DNA of 19,751 nt, taken from contig JAWALG010000020.1 of NCBI GenBank assembly GCA_038886995.1, positions 1 through 19,751 of the forward strand, given 5' to 3'. This document shows, one piece after another, positions 15,973 through 19,751 of the stretch. The position numbers were made by a program, and so were the translations under genes. The stretch's first letter is position 1. Each line of letters opens with the position of its first letter. Below the pieces are notes generated by a model. The model ran no database searches. It saw only the letters and a list, made by a program, of their open reading frames with translations, and was not told where the DNA came from. This DNA is from Candidatus Iainarchaeum sp. Its GTDB lineage: Archaea > Iainarchaeota > Iainarchaeia > Iainarchaeales > DTGL01.

Positions 15973-16482
15973 CTATTTTATTAATTCCAACATCCTGGAG
16001 CAGGTCATCTCAATGCCTAATGCTATGTTAGATCTTCTAGCATGCAGCAGAATTTCATTTTTGCTCTTTGCTTGTCTATAAAGCTTTGTCTCTTTAACCC
16101 TTTGCTCTTTAGCGTAATCCGCTATTGATGTCAAAAAGGGCCGCCACTTTTCTCTTGGTAATTCCTCAAGCGAGGCCCTTAAAAGGGCCCTTATTTTGCT
16201 TCGATCTTCCCCAACCAATGATGCATTATAGAAATATTGGCCTTTTCTCTTTCCCGAAGACAGCTCTCGCTCTATCGGCCATCTTACTCCACGATTTGCT
16301 ATAATATTAAAGATTTCCTCCACAGGGTTTTCCATTTTACTTACATTCAGTTGTGGCCTTTTAGCAACTTTTCTCGCATGTCTTTCAAGATCTTTGCTGA
16401 TCCCTGTTTTTTCAAGCCATTTTTTTGCCCTGCCATAGTTTGGCATTCTTCGCTTTCCGCTGTAATAACCTCTTTTGGGCAC
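15973..16482 (-). CDS. Hypothetical Lys/Arg-rich protein
   Basis: ORF of about 170 codons that fills the gap between dcd and the GNAT gene, with an AT-rich upstream region. Start is GTG 16482 or TTG 16485; no recognisable motif. Confidence 0.7.
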   Translation of the reverse strand: MPKRGYYSGKRRMPNYGRAKKWLEKTGISKDLERHARKVAKRPQLNVSKMENPVEEIFNIIANRGVRWPIERELSSGKRKGQYFYNASLVGEDRSKIRALLRASLEELPREKWRPFLTSIADYAKEQRVKETKLYRQAKSKNEILLHARRSNIALGIEMTCSRMLELIK

Positions 16483-16542
16483 CAAACCACTAAAAATTAT
16501 TGATTAACGAACAATTAAAAGTTTTTTTGTTTTAAGTTCTCT

Positions 16543-17121
16543 ATGCCTTACAAGAACAAGATTTGTTTAGAAGGCCAAAGAATAAGGGTAAGAACTCCAA
16601 AGAAAAGCGATGCTGAAAGCATTTATGAGAATGTCAGGGACTCAGAGCTGTATAGAAGGACAATAACAATACCAAGGCCATATCCTCCTGAAGAAGCCAA
16701 AAGGTTTATTAGAAAAGCGAGATATTACTTGCGGAGAGGTAAAAGGTATGCTTTCGTAATTGCCGAAAAAGATTCGGATAAGGCAATTGGCGTTGTTGAC
16801 CTTTTTAAGGTTGACCATGAGCACAAGAATGCTGAGCTTGGTTACTGGCTAGGAAAAAAGCACAGAAGGAGAGGCATAATGAGCGAAGCAGTTATGCTTA
16901 TGCTTAACTTTGGTTTCAGAAAGCTTAAGCTTCACAGGATTCATGCAAATGTTTTTGAGGGCAATATTGCTTCTAAGGGTGTTCTTGAAAAGTGTGGCTT
17001 TAGCTACGAAGGCCTTTCAAGGGAGTCAAAGTTCAAATGCGGAAAGTTTCGCAACGAATGGAGATTTGCGCTTCTAAGAAGAGATTTCCTAAAAATGAAC
17101 AAGCTGAGAGGCGCTCAATAG
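16543..17121 (+). CDS. RimJ/RimL-family GNAT N-acetyltransferase
   Basis: AELGYWLG..HRRRGIMSEAV, F..LKLHRI.A.V..GNIAS..VLEKCGF.YEG. Confidence 0.93.
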   Translation: MPYKNKICLEGQRIRVRTPKKSDAESIYENVRDSELYRRTITIPRPYPPEEAKRFIRKARYYLRRGKRYAFVIAEKDSDKAIGVVDLFKVDHEHKNAELGYWLGKKHRRRGIMSEAVMLMLNFGFRKLKLHRIHANVFEGNIASKGVLEKCGFSYEGLSRESKFKCGKFRNEWRFALLRRDFLKMNKLRGAQ

Positions 17122-18011
17122 AACCGACACTTTTTCTCTTCCATTTCTAGAAGCCGAGCCCATTCATGGTCAACGGCTGCCTGAACTTCCTTTATTTGAT
17201 CAGGGCTAAGATGCTTGAACCTAACCTGCATTTTTAGATATGATTCTACCGGCTTATTTTCCTGTGGTTTGTGAGTTATCTTAAGAATGCCGTTTTCAAT
17301 CTCGTACAATGGGTAATACCTTGTTTCAACTGCCAACTTTGCTATTTCGACAGTTTTTGCAGGGTCATATCCCCAGCCAGGAACACAAGGGCTGTAAACC
17401 TGCAAATAGCAAGGGCCTTCAATGGCGAGGCCTTTTTTCACTTTTGCGTAAAGGTCATTTATATCGTGAATGCTTGCAGTTGCAACATAAGGTGCTCTAT
17501 GTGCAGCTATTATGAAAGGCAATGGCTTCTTGAATTGGAGCTTACCAGGAACTACTTTGCCAACAGGGCTAGTTGTGGTGTGCGCATACTTTGGAGTTGA
17601 CCCGCTTCTTTGTATGCCCGTATTCATATATGCATCATTGTCATTGCAAACATATAGGAAGTTGTGACCTCTTTCTAAGGCACCACTCAAAGCTCCGAAG
17701 CCAATATCAAATGTTGCTCCGTCGCCACCAAGGACAATTATGTTATATTTTTTTCCCAATTTTTTCAATGCTGCTTCTATTCCAGAAGCAACCGCTGCGT
17801 TGTTTTCAAATGCGCTGTGAATATAAGGCAACTTCCAGGCGGTTTCAGGGTAGGGTGTGCTTACAACTTCCATGCAGCCAGTTGCTTGCACTATTATTGT
17901 ATTGCTTCCAGCTGCTTTAGTAACATGCCTTATTGCAATTGCACCTCCGCAGCCAGCACAAGCCCTATGCCCAGAAGCAAAGTATTCTTCTTCCGGAAGG
18001 CCCCTAATCAT
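17115..18011 (-). CDS. porB: Pyruvate/2-oxoacid:ferredoxin oxidoreductase beta subunit
   Basis: GHRACAGCG, ATGCMEV, TPP-binding GGDG...DNDAYMNTGIQRS, SPCVPGWG. ATG 18011 overlaps the porA stop (ATGA) and has RBS GGAGGT, so it is preferred over TTG 18020. Confidence 0.95.
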   Translation of the reverse strand: MIRGLPEEEYFASGHRACAGCGGAIAIRHVTKAAGSNTIIVQATGCMEVVSTPYPETAWKLPYIHSAFENNAAVASGIEAALKKLGKKYNIIVLGGDGATFDIGFGALSGALERGHNFLYVCNDNDAYMNTGIQRSGSTPKYAHTTTSPVGKVVPGKLQFKKPLPFIIAAHRAPYVATASIHDINDLYAKVKKGLAIEGPCYLQVYSPCVPGWGYDPAKTVEIAKLAVETRYYPLYEIENGILKITHKPQENKPVESYLKMQVRFKHLSPDQIKEVQAAVDHEWARLLEMEEKKCRFY

Positions 18012-19150
18012 AAAAGCCAACCTCCGTCCTTTCCACTTTTGATTTCTTTAAAAACCCTTTCAATATGGGCTGCTGCTATGTCGCGGCCTCCAAGGCCTGC
18101 TATGTAGCTGCTTATCTTAAGCTTAGATCCATATAAAGCTGAGCGCAGGTCAGTGTATAGCGGACCTTCATAGCCGACAGAAATATGCCTGTCTATAACA
18201 GCCAGGCCTTTAAGCCCTTCAGTGGTCTTTCTTAGCCTTTCAGCAGGGAAAGGCCTTAGCGATTTCAGCTTTATTAGCCCAACCTTTTCCTTTTTTTCTC
18301 TGAGCTTGTCAACAACATTGCGTGCTGTCCCTATGAATGTACCCATGCCTATAAGCGCATACTTTGCATCATCCATTTTATATTCCTCTATTAAGCCATT
18401 GCCATATTTTCTACCAAACTTTTTGCCGAATTCCTTGTTTACTTTTTCTATTTCTTTTTCCGCTAGAAGCATGGCTTCATGCTGCATTTTTTTGAATTCC
18501 ATGTATGAGTTTGGGAATGCTATGGGCCCAATTGTGATTGGTTCTGCAGGGTCAAGAACATTTAGTGGCTTATATTCTGGCAGGAATTCATCTACTTTGC
18601 TTTGCTCTGGAACAAAAGCACGCTCATATACATGGCTTAAAGTAAAACCATCTATGCAGAGCATACCCGGCAGCATAACATCTTTGTTTTCGCAGACCTT
18701 GTAAAGCTGTATTAGAGTATCTATTGCTTCCTGTGTTGACTCAACATAAAGTTGTATCCAACCCTGGTCTCTGGCAGAGACAGCATCGCTATGGTCATTC
18801 CAGATGTTTATTGGCGCGCTTAATGCTCTGTTTGCGACAGCCATCACGCAAGGCATTCTATTGCCAGCAACTATGGGCAATACTTCGAACATAAGCGCTA
18901 AGCCCTGTGATGATGTTGCGCTAAATGTCCTAGCACCTGCTGCTTGTGCACCAAGGAGCGCAGAGCAAGCACTGTGTTCAGATTCAGCGTGTATAATTTC
19001 AGCATCGAGCTCGCCATTGTTGATAATTTCAGCAAGGTTTTCAACGATATGTGTTTGTGGTGTTATTGGATACATTGGTATAACTTTTGGCCTGCAAAGC
19101 TTTGCTGCAAGTGCAATTGCCTTGCTTGCTTCTACAACCATCTCAGTCAT
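18008..19150 (-). CDS. porA: Pyruvate/2-oxoacid:ferredoxin oxidoreductase alpha subunit
   Basis: YPITPQT, ESEHSA, ATSSQGL, NRALSAPINIWNDHSD, DGFTLSH, RPFP, GLGGRD. Start ATG 19150 has RBS AAGGTG; the 19237 start would overlap porD. Confidence 0.95.
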   Translation of the reverse strand: MTEMVVEASKAIALAAKLCRPKVIPMYPITPQTHIVENLAEIINNGELDAEIIHAESEHSACSALLGAQAAGARTFSATSSQGLALMFEVLPIVAGNRMPCVMAVANRALSAPINIWNDHSDAVSARDQGWIQLYVESTQEAIDTLIQLYKVCENKDVMLPGMLCIDGFTLSHVYERAFVPEQSKVDEFLPEYKPLNVLDPAEPITIGPIAFPNSYMEFKKMQHEAMLLAEKEIEKVNKEFGKKFGRKYGNGLIEEYKMDDAKYALIGMGTFIGTARNVVDKLREKKEKVGLIKLKSLRPFPAERLRKTTEGLKGLAVIDRHISVGYEGPLYTDLRSALYGSKLKISSYIAGLGGRDIAAAHIERVFKEIKSGKDGGWLL

Positions 19151-19164
19151 TTTAAACACCTTGG

Positions 19165-19458
19165 CTACTTGCTTTCGGTTTCCATCCTTATTGCCTTTAG
19201 TGGGCATTCGTTTGCACAAATGCCACAGCCCTTGCAATAATCATAATCTACAGCAAATGACCCATCTGCATTCTTTTTAATCGCATTATCAGGGCAGAAA
19301 ACCCAGCAGTTACCGCACTTAACGCATTTTGTTTGGTCAATTACAGGCCTGAATGACCTCCAGCCACCTGTTTTGTTCTTTATGGTTGAACCGGGATCTC
19401 TTATAACCGCCCCAACAGTAAATTCCATCTTATCTTTGCTACATGTGCTCTTTACCAT
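19165..19458 (-). CDS. porD: Pyruvate/2-oxoacid:ferredoxin oxidoreductase delta subunit, 2x[4Fe-4S]
   Basis: PGST..NKTGGWRSFRP, CVKCGNCWVFCPD, DYDYCKGCGICANECP; ATG immediately follows the porG stop. Confidence 0.95.
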   Translation of the reverse strand: MVKSTCSKDKMEFTVGAVIRDPGSTIKNKTGGWRSFRPVIDQTKCVKCGNCWVFCPDNAIKKNADGSFAVDYDYCKGCGICANECPLKAIRMETESK

Positions 19459-19751
19459 TTAAACACCCTTGACCCTTTTGTAAAGTTCTTCAGCAGCTTT
19501 CTTGTTGAGTTCCCCAACATCTTTCTTGTGCGCAAACTCTTGGTCTATTGCTTTGAAGACACTCTCAAGCTTTATCTCATTTGTAATGGCTGCAAATGCG
19601 CCTAAAGCAATTATGTTTACAAATGGCTTTCCTATGATGTCCATTGCAACTTTTGTCATATCAACAGTTACAACTTTTCCTTTAATCTTGCTCTCAAAAT
19701 CCTTTGCACTTTTGTTTGTGTTTATTATGACAACACCATCCTTCTTAAGCC
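19459..19751 (-). CDS. porG: Pyruvate/2-oxoacid:ferredoxin oxidoreductase gamma subunit (5'-partial)
   Basis: Frame is open to the window edge: LKKDGVVIINT...VVTVDMTKVAMDIIGKPFVNIIALGAF...ELNKKAA; sits first in gamma-delta-alpha-beta order. Confidence 0.9.
   Translation of the reverse strand, partial: LKKDGVVIINTNKSAKDFESKIKGKVVTVDMTKVAMDIIGKPFVNIIALGAFAAITNEIKLESVFKAIDQEFAHKKDVGELNKKAAEELYKRVKGV

Noticed and set aside
19151..19237. porA N-terminal extension overlapping porD
   Set aside because: It is an alternate frame of porD; ATG 19150 has a good RBS and matches the usual porA start.
9..19280. Numerous 60-160 aa antisense or alternate-frame ORFs in the ORF track (e.g. 9..476, 3088..3492, 7421..7822, 18222..18704, 18804..19280)
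   Set aside because: They lie within or almost wholly within well-supported genes, show no motifs and look like shadow ORFs.

Overview
A gene-dense, AT-rich archaeal chromosomal segment. The archaeal call rests on a Cdc6/Orc1 homolog, a tRNA with a bulge-helix-bulge intron, GGTG-type ribosome-binding sites with BRE/TATA-like promoters, and a four-subunit POR operon. A DPANN origin such as Iainarchaeota/Diapherotrites is plausible but is inference. Left to right: a 5'-truncated vWA/PKD surface protein, intron-containing tRNA-Ser(UGA), a winged-helix protein, a GC-rich intergenic hairpin, NAD(P)HX repair enzyme, K+-dependent (probably Na+-pumping) membrane pyrophosphatase, ScpB, a short Cdc6/Orc1, MBL hydrolase, MgtC/SapB, M24 and M29-like peptidases, a 54-aa protein, TrkAH, DHH phosphoesterase, dCTP deaminase, a basic orphan, a GNAT and porGDAB (porG truncated). 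I saw no mobile element, CRISPR array or defence system. The best novelty candidate is a roughly 90-100 nt rod-like RNA at about 2627-2727, with clear minus-strand G-U polarity and a repeated UCAUAC motif. Next are the Cdc6 lacking its DNA-binding winged helix and the Nnr with a degenerate epimerase domain. All family assignments come from motif recognition by eye; no searches were run.
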